Source: a virus
Lineage: Duplodnaviria; Caudoviricetes
DNA: 59,217 nucleotides
Virus record (IMG/VR): IMGVR_UViG_3300021088_000013
Span: 1-59,217 of that record
Reading direction: 5' to 3' (one strand)
In this document: one piece after another, positions 1 through 9,358 of the stretch
Position numbering within the stretch: position 1 is the first letter of the stretch
Layout: each line of letters starts with the position of its first letter
Notes under the pieces: generated by a model
The model's database searches: none
What the model was told of the DNA's origin: nothing
Seen by the model: only the letters and a program-made list of their open reading frames with translations
Position numbers and translations under genes: made by a program

Positions 1-209
1 GTCATCTACTGGATTTTCACTCAAAAAAAGTCCAATACTACGGATGGTCATCATTGCAGGTCATAGGCATGATCAGTATTGATCATGAAAGCACGTCTAA
101 TACGATCTTGATAGATCTTGATTGATATTATCGATATTAGCGCTTTTGCTATTAGACATCCACAATCCTAAGAAGATACCCAGGTGGGGTATAGATCTTG
201 ATGCGTTAA

Positions 210-491
210 CTACCCTCCAGTGAAGAACCGGAGTGCCTTTGCTGCCTCGCGGAATGGGCGATGCGGAGCAGTGGTGTTGCAAACAGCATGCTCAGGACCG
301 CGGTAGTAGTTCCTGTCACGGTCATCATGCCCTAGATGCCACTCCTCGGTAGGATGGATAAGCCTGCGACAGTCCGGGCGCCAACAGCGCACCCTCCCCG
401 TGGCCACAATGGGAGCCCATTGAGACCTAAGTACCTGATGGACTCTCCCGTAGCCGCGCTCCGTGGTCTTGCCATAGCTCCTAGTCGTCAT
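210..491 (-). CDS. HNH endonuclease (probably packaging-associated)
   Basis: CWRPDC...WHLGHDD...GPEHAVCN motif; last gene, next to terS across the genome ends. Confidence 0.85.
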   Translation of the reverse strand: MTTRSYGKTTERGYGRVHQVLRSQWAPIVATGRVRCWRPDCRRLIHPTEEWHLGHDDRDRNYYRGPEHAVCNTTAPHRPFREAAKALRFFTGG

Positions 492-763
492 CGGATACCG
501 TCCCTGGAATGCTCATCTACATCATGTGTGACAGTCATGGCCCATCCGAGATGGTCGGTACGTACGTCAATAGTTACGGGTAGGGAACGTATGAGTGCAC
601 CAGCTAGAGCTACGCTTACAGCCTGCATGTAAGGCGCCGGCTTGGTCTTGCGATCAGCTAGCTCGGCCAGGAATGAAGGTGGCTGCTGCTGCCATTGATT
701 AAGATCCTGGTCCAGGAGGGTCTCACCGTCGATGATGACTGTAGCCCTACTCATGGCAATCAA
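488..763 (-). CDS. hypothetical protein
   Basis: ORF overlaps its neighbours in a tightly packed operon. Confidence 0.6.
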   Translation of the reverse strand: MIAMSRATVIIDGETLLDQDLNQWQQQPPSFLAELADRKTKPAPYMQAVSVALAGALIRSLPVTIDVRTDHLGWAMTVTHDVDEHSRDGIR

Positions 764-1073
764 AAGCTAGTTCTGCAGCCGCACCGGCTAGCTCATCATT
801 AGCTTTCTTCAAATCCGCGCGCAGCTGCTTGAGCTCTACGTTTGGGATGATCGTGAAATCCTGATCATTCTCAAGCATGTAGACGAGTGAATCGCCAATG
901 ATCTGAAGGGTTGCTTTGATGGATTCGACCATATGGGTGGGCTTGCCACGAAGATCAAGCCCGGGTAGGTGGAAGTTGGCGGCTGGCCTATCCGTTCCGT
1001 TTCCGGGATGTGTGAATCCTGCAGATAGAGCTGCTGCGATGGCGTTAGCGGCTTCCTGGTTTTTGACTGTCAT
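747..1073 (-). CDS. hypothetical protein (C-terminal coiled coil)
   Basis: Likely ATG start at MTVKNQ, ATGA-coupled to a 37-aa upstream ORF. Confidence 0.6.
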   Translation of the reverse strand: MTVKNQEAANAIAAALSAGFTHPGNGTDRPAANFHLPGLDLRGKPTHMVESIKATLQIIGDSLVYMLENDQDFTIIPNVELKQLRADLKKANDELAGAAAELAFDCHE

Positions 1074-1234
1074 ATAAGTGGACGCTTCGATAACTGCCAG
1101 TCGACGAGCTCGTCTATCCAGTCCGGACAAATTGGATCAGAAAGATCTGATGTGATTGGTCTTGGTCCTATCGCTTCATTCATCACAACCGCCCATTGTA
1201 GGTCAGGTGGCTACGTTGTGCCTGGTAGCTCTGC

Positions 1235-1498
1235 TCATTTGTGGTATCCAGCAGCTCGTATAGCTTTCGCTAATTCCATTCCTTCGAATCGCTGAGCTAA
1301 GTCTAGTAGCTCCTGTAGATCCATCTGCTGATCATGTTCGATTGACTCGACTTCCATGGATATATCCTCTAAGGAGGAAGCATCGTAGTTAATGTGCTCG
1401 TGTGGAACCATTCCCTGGTAGGCTGCAGCTTCTCGTAGGGCCGCGGCAGCTCTACGGAGACGCTCAGAGAAGCTTGTGTCAGGGGTAATGATGATCAT
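1235..1498 (-). CDS. hypothetical protein, paralog of 15810..16136
   Basis: Shared AA..LR..AAY / Y.AS.LE / A.AI...G..K pattern. Confidence 0.65.
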   Translation of the reverse strand: MIIITPDTSFSERLRRAAAALREAAAYQGMVPHEHINYDASSLEDISMEVESIEHDQQMDLQELLDLAQRFEGMELAKAIRAAGYHK

Positions 1499-1683
1499 AA
1501 ACGCCCCCCGGATGCGAAGTGGCCGAGCTGCGCCTGGTCTAGCTGATGGCAGGCGTGAGCTGTAGCGTGCTGGTGCTGCTCGTTAACAAAGCCGATGAAC
1601 TCATCAACATCGGTGAATCCGAATACTTGCATGATGGTGACGTAGTCTCGTCTGGTTAGAGCAGTTCCACGCTTGTAGGCCAT
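1495..1683 (-). CDS. hypothetical protein
   Basis: ORF overlaps the next gene by 4 nt. Confidence 0.55.
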   Translation of the reverse strand: MAYKRGTALTRRDYVTIMQVFGFTDVDEFIGFVNEQHQHATAHACHQLDQAQLGHFASGGRL

Positions 1684-1738
1684 TGAAACATTCCTATCTG
1701 GGGTTTATATACGCGCCCCAATTTTGAGCAGCGTTAGC

Positions 1739-2185
1739 TTACTGGCAGGATAGTGCATGCACGGGGTTTGCACCACTACGTCTGCGCGCGTACTCAACAA
1801 CATCCCCTACTCGGTATCGCCGAACACCGTCTGGGGAGATTATCGAGTTGATGTGACCTCGTCGTGCCCAATGCCTGAATGATTGCGGGTTGACGTGAAA
1901 CAGATCCGCTAGCTCGCTTGGGGTTAGCCAGTCATCGATGCATAACGGCTGATCAGACGGCATTACCCAGCCTTGCCCTAGTTGATTCCAGCGGTTGTCT
2001 AGATCGGCTAGGGCAGCGATTGGGTTATCAATCTGCCCGGCCAGGGACATCTCTAGAAGCTTGCGGTATGAGGTTGCGACGCGCCGCGCCCTGGCTACTC
2101 GATCGGTCTCGGGCCATGGCCACACGTCTGTCACATCTGACAGGTTACGGCGTTTTTGAAACGGTACTGGCTGCGGAACCGTCAA
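1739..2185 (-). CDS. MerR-like HTH DNA-binding protein
   Basis: C-terminal WLTPSELADLFHVNPQSFRHWARRG...GVRRYRVGDV. Confidence 0.75.
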   Translation of the reverse strand: MTVPQPVPFQKRRNLSDVTDVWPWPETDRVARARRVATSYRKLLEMSLAGQIDNPIAALADLDNRWNQLGQGWVMPSDQPLCIDDWLTPSELADLFHVNPQSFRHWARRGHINSIISPDGVRRYRVGDVVEYARRRSGANPVHALSCQ

Positions 2186-2197
2186 AAGTTATCTAAC

Positions 2198-2213
2198 TGT
2201 GACACACATCACA
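2198..2213. promoter_or_regulatory. Perfect CRP-family box TGTGA-N6-TCACA
   Basis: TGTGAcacacaTCACA in the divergent intergenic gap. Confidence 0.6.
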
Positions 2214-2244
2214 AACACACCCTGTTTCCGAGACCGGATCTAGG

Positions 2245-2260
2245 TGGTATGCTCCCAGGC
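2245..2260 (+). promoter_or_regulatory. Extended -10 promoter, leaderless transcript
   Basis: TGG-TATGCT, then 7 nt, then ATG at 2261; no SD sequence. Confidence 0.65.
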
Positions 2261-2428
2261 ATGAAAAGCTTCGACAGGTTAGACGCAAACACCTGGTCGG
2301 ACGATAACCTTCCAGATGGTTATGAGTGGCGTGAATTTAACGCTGAGCTTGATCAATGGCATCTCTATGGACCAGATGGAACAGATCTCACAACTGAATA
2401 TCATCTACATCAAGGTTTCTACGAATAG
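2261..2428 (+). CDS. small acidic hypothetical protein (55 aa)
   Basis: MKSFDRLD...QGFYE; rich in D/E and aromatic residues. Confidence 0.7.
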   Translation: MKSFDRLDANTWSDDNLPDGYEWREFNAELDQWHLYGPDGTDLTTEYHLHQGFYE

Positions 2429-2446
2429 CACATAGTAGAAGGCGAA

Positions 2447-2575
2447 ATGACAGACAATGGTCTTGATATAGCTATTCCGCTCGTTATAATTGCACTCACA
2501 GCTATCGGAACTGGAGTCTATAAGCTTCAATCATTTCTAGAACGTTGGGATCAACAACGACACTTCAAGGACTAG
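2447..2575 (+). CDS. small membrane protein (42 aa)
   Basis: Hand-translated MTDNGLDIAIPLVIIALTAIGTGVYKLQSFLERWDQQRHFKD; one TM helix; GAAGG upstream. Confidence 0.65.
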   Translation: MTDNGLDIAIPLVIIALTAIGTGVYKLQSFLERWDQQRHFKD

Positions 2576-2589
2576 GAAAGGCAACTCCC

Positions 2590-2760
2590 ATGCAACTCGG
2601 ATTAAACGGTCTAGGAGACATCACTAAAGTACTCCCGGAGGTCATGAACATGTCACGAGCAACCCAGAGGGAACTTTCTGAGATCCGAATCCTACTTAAG
2701 GAACTTGTTGACCTTCAGAGCCGCGCACTTCTGCTAGCATCAATGGAATCACACCAATGA
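2590..2760 (+). CDS. hypothetical protein (56 aa)
   Basis: AGGAAAGG upstream; ATGA overlap with the next ORF. Confidence 0.6.
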   Translation: MQLGLNGLGDITKVLPEVMNMSRATQRELSEIRILLKELVDLQSRALLLASMESHQ

Positions 2761-2936
2761 TAATTTGCGATAGGTGCAACGCGCGCGCCAAAACAGAAGT
2801 TATCATGAAATCAGGACTTTACTTATCGTTTTGCTGGCATCATTGGAATAGACATAAAACAGCTATAACACCGATGATTGTCAGCGTACGTGATATTGAA
2901 CACGAACTTATAGAGTGCCAAAACGATTGCGAGTAG
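2757..2936 (+). CDS. small Zn-binding protein (59 aa)
   Basis: Hand-translated MIICDRCNARA...LSFCWHH (CxxC...CxHH). Confidence 0.65.
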   Translation: MIICDRCNARAKTEVIMKSGLYLSFCWHHWNRHKTAITPMIVSVRDIEHELIECQNDCE

Positions 2937-2938
2937 AT

Positions 2939-3283
2939 GTGACCTTATCTAACGCTGAATTCCGCTGCCTGCGTGAGTTCCTTGGACTTCCTGTGCAATG
3001 GGTTGCGCAAGAACTACGCGTCAATGAACATACTGTTCGTGATTGGGAGACTAATGATCGACCTATCCCAGGTTACGCATCTGATTACCTATCTGATTTA
3101 GGTAAGAATGCTAAACACGCAGTAGAGAAATTAATCATGAAGTGGGATAGTCAAATCGCACTTCAAGTCCCTAAAGGGTCTCGACAAAACTATGAAGAGC
3201 ACTTTCCGCCATCATACCACCGCGCGGTGGCATCACGAGTGCGTGAGAATATCGGATCTAGAATTAGATACCAAGAGGACTGA
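2939..3283 (+). CDS. XRE-HTH protein, DUF1870/YdiL/Aca2-like
   Basis: AEFRCLREFLGL...VAQELRVNEHTVRDWE...PIP plus C-terminal PPSYHRAVASRV. Likely GTG start at 2939 (ORF track gives 2915). Confidence 0.7.
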   Translation: MTLSNAEFRCLREFLGLPVQWVAQELRVNEHTVRDWETNDRPIPGYASDYLSDLGKNAKHAVEKLIMKWDSQIALQVPKGSRQNYEEHFPPSYHRAVASRVRENIGSRIRYQED

Positions 3284-3543
3284 TGAGCGCAACAGAATAC
3301 CTAGTAGATAACAACATTGATCGATTAGATCAGTGCTGTGAAATATGGAGCTGCCGTAACCTAAATACATTCGCTTCATGGGTACTAACTATGTCATGCT
3401 GTGGAGGAAAAGTTCTTACCTGTGAATCATGCAAACTATTCTGGATTGACAAACAACATGATGCAGGACTGGTATGCTACAGATGTGGAACAAGGAATAA
3501 AACCGTTGCGATGGCATTTATGGATATACGAAGAATAAATTAG
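3283..3543 (+). CDS. Cys-rich Zn-finger protein
   Basis: CC, CESC and CYRC motifs. Confidence 0.65.
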   Translation: MSATEYLVDNNIDRLDQCCEIWSCRNLNTFASWVLTMSCCGGKVLTCESCKLFWIDKQHDAGLVCYRCGTRNKTVAMAFMDIRRIN

Positions 3544-4463
3544 CATCCAGAAACCGAAGCATCAGAATCGCTAAGCATTCCCCGCAAGAGCTCAACTACT
3601 GCATACCCATCAATTCCAGCCAAATCATCTTCGGTCATGGTAAGTAGTCTCCGTACTTCATAAAGCTTAGAATCCGATTCAATCAAACGATATTGAGCTT
3701 CGGCCAACAACCACTTCAACATTTCAGTCTCCTCATGCTCGTGCTCAGCCATGATCATATGTGCCAACCAGTTGTATTCACGTTCAGTCCAACGGCCGCC
3801 ACATGTCATGCAATCGATGTCGGTGGAACCGTTATTGATTCCCAGGGTAGGAGCACCACAATCGAGAATGGGGCATGGCATCGATAACCTACGACGCTGG
3901 TGTGTTTGACCTAGTAATGTTTCAACATCATGATGTAGATCCGATAATTTAAGTGCCACATCAACTCCATCGAGTTCTACAGCTTCCCATCCTCCGGTTT
4001 TAAACCACACCGACACCGACTGTTGTGGCGCCGTGAGTAAGGCCCTGAGATTATCAGGCAGCACCCGTGCGGCTTGCGCGATGACCGGTTTATCACGAAC
4101 TGGCCAGCCTTTAGCTTTGTGTCGAATCTTAGGATCGATGCCGAGTGTTTCGGCTACCATCCATAGCGCTGCTTCACACCATTCGCCCAGGGAGCTGTGT
4201 AGCGCTAGGACGGTGCCGTTGAGCGGCATCGGCGGTTCAGGTGTTCCGCTGACATGCAAATTCGCACTTTGTGTTTTATCTCCTATGGCAGCGTTGAGCG
4301 CTTCGGAATCGGCCTGTAGCGCCATTACCGATCTTTGTACTGCTGCGTAGCAGCGCCTGCATAGTCCGCGTTGTTCGGCGATGATTGCGCTGATGCGTTG
4401 TCCGTTGATGGTTTGGGCGTCTCTACATCGTTTTTCGGCTGCGCAGTAGTGGTCAGTCATCAT
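3540..4463 (-). CDS. hypothetical Zn-ribbon protein
   Basis: CRRC, CPILDC and CMTC motifs; typical of actinophage early arms. Confidence 0.7.
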   Translation of the reverse strand: MMTDHYCAAEKRCRDAQTINGQRISAIIAEQRGLCRRCYAAVQRSVMALQADSEALNAAIGDKTQSANLHVSGTPEPPMPLNGTVLALHSSLGEWCEAALWMVAETLGIDPKIRHKAKGWPVRDKPVIAQAARVLPDNLRALLTAPQQSVSVWFKTGGWEAVELDGVDVALKLSDLHHDVETLLGQTHQRRRLSMPCPILDCGAPTLGINNGSTDIDCMTCGGRWTEREYNWLAHMIMAEHEHEETEMLKWLLAEAQYRLIESDSKLYEVRRLLTMTEDDLAGIDGYAVVELLRGMLSDSDASVSGC

Positions 4464-4659
4464 CTATCGTGAACTTACCTGGTGATATGAAATGATATTG
4501 CGGATAAATAACATCTTTATCATCGTCGTCGCCGTAAACCTCGTTGAGTATGCGGTGTAGTCGTTCAATGGCTGCTGGCATGTCAAAGTTAAGACTGGGA
4601 CGATCTCCAGTGTAGTAGGCCGTTCCGAACCGTCCGTCTATTCGCTTTGCTCTAGTCAT
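4453..4659 (-). CDS. hypothetical protein
   Basis: Coupled ORF. Confidence 0.55.
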   Translation of the reverse strand: MTRAKRIDGRFGTAYYTGDRPSLNFDMPAAIERLHRILNEVYGDDDDKDVIYPQYHFISPGKFTIDDD

Positions 4660-4934
4660 ACCTTATGCTCCAGCCAATCGTTTAAATACCAAATAGCTTT
4701 GCGAATATCTTGCTCATCGTTTTCTTTACCGCCAAAGGCAACACGCCAAATATACTTCATCGCCGTAGCGAGCCGAAAATCCTTTATATGCCTAATAATC
4801 TCAATACACTCAATAACTCTGCAAGGTATAGATGCATTATTATATATATATGTAATAGGCTTATGATGTAATGAAACCAGTGGACCCCTAATATAATGCG
4901 GTGGATGGTTGACCATGTCTGGTTTATCGTCCAC
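4656..4934 (-). CDS. DUF3310 family protein
   Basis: DMVNHPPHY...IECIEI...AMKYIWR...GKEN..QDIRKAIWYL. Confidence 0.85.
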   Translation of the reverse strand: MDDKPDMVNHPPHYIRGPLVSLHHKPITYIYNNASIPCRVIECIEIIRHIKDFRLATAMKYIWRVAFGGKENDEQDIRKAIWYLNDWLEHKV

Positions 4935-5023
4935 GTTTCGCCTCTGCTGTTAATTTCACCGACATTCCAATACGTGCGTTATGTTCTCTTGTACGATAAT
5001 GCTTACCGCATTGGCAATCATTT

Positions 5024-5527
5024 TTACATGGGGCTGCCGGCATTTAAAATCCTTTGAGCTGGTGGGTTAAGCTTGACTTCTATGGCACGCACTAATGCTT
5101 CGATAGAATAACGGCCTAGAATTATTTGGTTACACGTGACACACGCAAGGCAACGTATACAGTTTCGGCATCCTAATTCCGGTGAATGTTCACATCCAGT
5201 CTTATTATGTTCATGATCGACAGCAAGCATTTTTGATATTCCTTTAGCGTGCCAACATACTGCACATCTACGTCCCTGTGCTTCATAGATAGCCTCATAC
5301 TCCTCCTTGGTTATTCCGTAGATTTTCTCGACGCGTAGCTCATGTGACCTACTTCTCGTCTTCACCTTCCGGGCGCGCTCATGTGTGACACACCGGGGCG
5401 ATCGAGGGCCGCCATGGGGTGTTGGGCGATACTTAGTTACCCCATCAGCGATGCAATCCTTGCATACAGGCCCTGAACGCCTCCCTAACGAACTTTTATC
5501 ACTCCCTGGTGTGGTAACACTAGCCAT
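5024..5527 (-). CDS. Endonuclease VII (Holliday junction resolvase family)
   Basis: YGITKEEYEAIYEAQGRRCAVC...LAVDHEH...CVTCN. Confidence 0.88.
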   Translation of the reverse strand: MASVTTPGSDKSSLGRRSGPVCKDCIADGVTKYRPTPHGGPRSPRCVTHERARKVKTRSRSHELRVEKIYGITKEEYEAIYEAQGRRCAVCWHAKGISKMLAVDHEHNKTGCEHSPELGCRNCIRCLACVTCNQIILGRYSIEALVRAIEVKLNPPAQRILNAGSPM

Positions 5528-5553
5528 GGCCTGAAATCCTCTCAGATCGCCAC

Positions 5554-5964
5554 TCAGAAGGGGGGCACCGTACCGCTGTAGTTCACGGGCACCACGGCGC
5601 TGCGGTAGTCGAGTACGTTCGGGTCCTTCCACGATGCAAAACAACGATGTGATGGATGTATCCAGGCATAGTCCGGAAGACCTCGAGCAATCATCTCGGT
5701 AGAGCGCAGCCTGACGGCACCGTCGCGGGAGTCGCCAGCCATGAACGTGTGCCCTCCGCTGAGTAGGGCGATCATCTCGCCTGTGAGGTTCAGATGTACC
5801 GGATCCATCCGTACGGGTTCCCCGTAGGAAATGGCGAGAAGAATCGGGCTAAGGCAAGTGCTACATGTTCCGGGTCGTGCCGCCGTGCAAATGAGGTGGT
5901 GTGGCTTCGGCCGCCGCTTGGTGCTCACTCGTACGGTTTTTCGCTTGAGATGGCTACCCAACAT
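5554..5964 (-). CDS. hypothetical Zn-binding protein
   Basis: CSTC...HRC. Confidence 0.6.
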   Translation of the reverse strand: MLGSHLKRKTVRVSTKRRPKPHHLICTAARPGTCSTCLSPILLAISYGEPVRMDPVHLNLTGEMIALLSGGHTFMAGDSRDGAVRLRSTEMIARGLPDYAWIHPSHRCFASWKDPNVLDYRSAVVPVNYSGTVPPF

Positions 5965-6283
5965 TTCCGATTATCGCTTCCGTCGATGTGGAAGTAGCGA
6001 TCCATCAACGATTCGACACGAATGGCGATCTGTCCACAGGACGGGCAGACGACGCTGTGAGTTGTCATAAGTATCCAATCTGAATCAACTTTGATAGTTC
6101 TTCTATCAAATCCGGAATCTGCTCATCTGTGAACGCTCCCCTTACCCAGTGTCTCCGTCCGTCGGGCATCGGAATTATTTCCGGTTTCCTGTGTAACTTG
6201 CCCATCTCCTGAGTGGCCATCGGGTGTCCTTCTTCCTGAAATTTTACTCGCGTACGCGTGTACGTACACGTACATACAGTCGT

Positions 6284-6530
6284 TGAGACAGTGAGACACC
6301 TTGAGACAACTGACGGCTACAGTTGTCTCACGATCCAGTTGTCTCATCAGTTGTCTCACAGTTGTCTCACCTATTTCCCCTGGTTAAAACAGTTGTAACA
6401 GTTGTCTCACTGCGACTGAAGATTTTGACTTTTTCAGTTGTCTCAAGTTCGTCTCAAAACTGATCTTGAAGGTGATACAACCGTCAGTTGTCTCAGTTGT
6501 CTCATGGTCACGGGTAAGCTGAGACAACTG
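6284..6530. repeat. Iteron-like CAGTTGTCTCA array, probable replication origin
   Basis: 8 forward copies (6320, 6336, 6348, 6359, 6399, 6435, 6485, 6494), 2 reverse copies (6302, 6520) and partial copies, immediately downstream of the primase-helicase. Confidence 0.8.
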
Positions 6531-6542
6531 AACGCTGGAACA

Positions 6543-8681
6543 TTAATCCGACTCACGATTTTCGCCGTATCGATCCGCAGCTGTGGGTAATCTCCAGTAG
6601 GCTTTGCATGGGTAGCCCTCCCTAAAAGACACCACATTGAGTTGTTTCATGGCCCGATAGAGCGTTGGACGAGAGATGTCTTCATCGTTTTTTGCCTTGG
6701 CGCAAATTTGCTTCGCCGGGGCCTTGCCTTGCTCTTCTAGGTAGTCCCTCAGCCATGCCATAGCGAATCCGGGACCACCTAGCTCAGTCTCACCTTCAGT
6801 GTTGGAGTCCAGCACATCGGCTGCTGATAGCTCACAACGTCCAAGGATGTTGAAGGCTGCGACTTGTGCTTCACCGCCTAGGTCAGTGGGGATGGTGGCT
6901 GTGGCGATTTCGTAACGCAGCGACAAGTCCTCCACTCCCGTGGAGTTTTTGACTTGGCTCATGACCCGATCGCCGGTGCGTTTGTCTTTAACGAAGGCGA
7001 AGATGGCCCGGGCGACTTCCCCGAAGGCTGATGATCCGTTGATGGCTGCAACTAGATCGTTTCCTGGGAATTTGGTGAAGTGGGCGACGCCGAGCACTAT
7101 GCCGTCAATGGCTTCCGCTATCTGGGACCAGGGCTCGACATGAACGCGTGTTTCGTTGTTTTGGTTGATGTTGGTGGTTCCGGGGATGGTGGACATGATG
7201 GGGTCGACTACGATGACCCGAACGGAGGCCGCCACGAACGCTTCGATGAGCCAGTCTCGATGCGCCGCCGACATGAGTTTGGTGGGGTTGTCGTCGAGGT
7301 CGCGCATGTCGGGGAAGCAGATTCGTGCCGTGTCGGCCCCAGCGGCGTCTAAGCCGGGCTTGATGACGTAGCTGTGGCTTTCCTCGCCTGGGCTGATGTA
7401 GGCGACGTTGACGGGTTGACCGTACCAGCAGCCGTCTATGTTTCCGTTTGAGTAGCCCGCGGCGAACCAGCGCGCCGCGTTGGATTTCCCTGCGGCCGGG
7501 CGGCCGGCGAGGATCGCTAGGGTTCCTTTTTGGATGCGCCCCCGGTGATCGTAGGACCATGCCCAGGTGGGAACGTTGGATTTGATCTGATTGGCGAGTG
7601 TGAGGTGCACCCGTTTGTGTCCGTTGACGATGGGTGGCGACACAGAGGTTATCGGTGGGCTATCGGAACGAGGTAGGAGCCCGTCTGGTACATCGGAAGG
7701 GTGAACCTGTAGCCGAATGGCAGGGGGTGTCCAAATGTCGCTGAAATCGGATCCTAGGCCCTTTTCCGTTTTGGCCCGCACATCTACGAGTGGGGTGCTG
7801 CGGGCTTGTGCTACAGCCCAGGCAAGCATTCCGCGGAACTCCGCGTAGGCACTGTTCTCGGATAAAGATCTCACACCAACCTTGGCGGTGAGCATGGATT
7901 CGATGAAGGCTTCTTGGAGTATTTCGATGGCGTCACGGGCGGGGAAATAGCCGGCGCGGGCCTCTTCGAGCGCCGCGGTGAGGATGGAGACCATGGTGTC
8001 GTGGCGGCTATCCCCGCGTTCGACATGTCCGCGGTATTTGCGTGTCCAGTTGGCGAGGATGCCGGGCCTGGAGCTGCCGCTGGCGTCTTGAATGAAGGCG
8101 CGTACGTCGCTATCGGTGGCGCAGGATTCGGCTTGTGCGGTGTCGGCAAGCATTTCGGATAGCGGTACCGGTAGTTCGGGTATTTCACCGATCAGAACCC
8201 AGCGGTATTCGCCGCTTTCGGGGTGTTGGGTGGGCTGTACGCAGATGACGCCGCCTGCGCCGCGAATGTCGAGGCCTAGGCCGGAGAGTTTTCCTTTTCC
8301 GTTTCCTATGCGTCTTCCGGCAGGTTGGGTGAAGAGGTAGTGTCCGCGACCTATTGAATCGGGTCGGGTGGATTGATAGGGCGGCTGGACGGAAAGGATG
8401 ATCTCGTTGAGCCATGCTGGTATGAGCTCAGGTTTGTCTACGTCGAGGACGATGAGTCCGGAGCGTCCAATGTCGATGGCGATACCGTCGCTGCTGCCGG
8501 CAAACCAGGCGGTGAGCACTTCGATGTCACGTGACGATTTGTCCTGCCATGTCTTACCTACCCGGCTTCCAGGGTTTTTGGTACCCGGCGCGACTGGGAG
8601 TAGATAGAGGCCGGCTTCAGCGTAGCTGAGTGCCGCAGTGAGGTTGTCTGCGTTATGGGGAAGGTTGGGGATCTCAGTCAT
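6543..8681 (-). CDS. Bifunctional DNA primase/polymerase fused to AAA (RepA-like) helicase
   Basis: Prim-pol motifs LIVLDVD, GRGHYLF, LDIRGAGG..VQPT..HP; Walker A GRPAAGKS; Walker B IVVDP. Confidence 0.92.
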   Translation of the reverse strand: MTEIPNLPHNADNLTAALSYAEAGLYLLPVAPGTKNPGSRVGKTWQDKSSRDIEVLTAWFAGSSDGIAIDIGRSGLIVLDVDKPELIPAWLNEIILSVQPPYQSTRPDSIGRGHYLFTQPAGRRIGNGKGKLSGLGLDIRGAGGVICVQPTQHPESGEYRWVLIGEIPELPVPLSEMLADTAQAESCATDSDVRAFIQDASGSSRPGILANWTRKYRGHVERGDSRHDTMVSILTAALEEARAGYFPARDAIEILQEAFIESMLTAKVGVRSLSENSAYAEFRGMLAWAVAQARSTPLVDVRAKTEKGLGSDFSDIWTPPAIRLQVHPSDVPDGLLPRSDSPPITSVSPPIVNGHKRVHLTLANQIKSNVPTWAWSYDHRGRIQKGTLAILAGRPAAGKSNAARWFAAGYSNGNIDGCWYGQPVNVAYISPGEESHSYVIKPGLDAAGADTARICFPDMRDLDDNPTKLMSAAHRDWLIEAFVAASVRVIVVDPIMSTIPGTTNINQNNETRVHVEPWSQIAEAIDGIVLGVAHFTKFPGNDLVAAINGSSAFGEVARAIFAFVKDKRTGDRVMSQVKNSTGVEDLSLRYEIATATIPTDLGGEAQVAAFNILGRCELSAADVLDSNTEGETELGGPGFAMAWLRDYLEEQGKAPAKQICAKAKNDEDISRPTLYRAMKQLNVVSFREGYPCKAYWRLPTAADRYGENRESD

Positions 8682-8687
8682 GCCGCT

Positions 8688-8957
8688 TCAGGCATCTTTG
8701 ATTCTGGAATTAGGGTGTGGATCTGTCATGCGCCATTCCCAAGTGTCTGGTGTTCCACCACACCATTCCCACTTACGGCCCATGTCGTCAATAAAGCATT
8801 GATCAGGGATAGTATCCATAGCCGCCAGCGCGGATTTAGCCCAGACACGGTAGGTTTGACATTCATCTTCTGTGAGAAGCTCGTAGTAGACGGATTCGAT
8901 ATTTGACCATATCGCCGCGGTGAGGGCTTCGGCCACTCGGTCGATTTTGTCGCTCAT
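8688..8957 (-). CDS. hypothetical protein
   Basis: Likely start at MSDKID, ATGA-coupled to the upstream gene. Confidence 0.55.
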   Translation of the reverse strand: MSDKIDRVAEALTAAIWSNIESVYYELLTEDECQTYRVWAKSALAAMDTIPDQCFIDDMGRKWEWCGGTPDTWEWRMTDPHPNSRIKDA

Positions 8958-9325
8958 GAGAGGGTTTTGTCGGTGAGTAGTAGTCCAAGCTGGCGCTGAA
9001 GGTTCCGCACCGAGGTTAGGCTTCCGCCTCGGCATGCGCTGCGCCCGCGGTAGCGCTGATAGAGGTAGTCCGCGCTAAATCCTAGGGTGCGTGCGATCTC
9101 CTTAATGGGGCACTCGTCGGCGAGCATGTCTTCGATGAGTTGCCGATCATCATCGGTTATTCTGCGGACGGGGCGTTGTATGCCTAGAGCAGCGCGGTAG
9201 CGCTGCACGGATCGTCTTGTTACACCCATTGATGCAGCGATTTGTGTGATGGTTAAACCTTGTCGATCAAGTTTGAGTGCGGTTTGTCGACGTCGCTCTA
9301 TCTCTTCGCGGGAAATGTTGCACAT
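8954..9325 (-). CDS. tandem HTH DNA-binding protein
   Basis: GLTITQIAASMGVTRRSVQRY and CPIKEIARTLGFS. Confidence 0.8.
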   Translation of the reverse strand: MCNISREEIERRRQTALKLDRQGLTITQIAASMGVTRRSVQRYRAALGIQRPVRRITDDDRQLIEDMLADECPIKEIARTLGFSADYLYQRYRGRSACRGGSLTSVRNLQRQLGLLLTDKTLS

Positions 9326-9358
9326 ATAACCCTCGGATCGTGTGCTTGAAGTTTTTTT

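Noticed and set aside
1-96. Defined cos end or terminal repeat
   Set aside because: No terminal repeat seen. An 8-bp inverted repeat (68-87) exists, but end type cannot be determined without reads.
6284-6530. Repeat array as a CRISPR or mini-array linked to the Cas4-like gene
   Set aside because: Repeats are only 11 bp, occur in both orientations, and have irregular or absent spacers. Solo Cas4-like nucleases are common in phages.
6123-6637. ORFs containing MRQL repeats
   Set aside because: They are translations of the iteron array.
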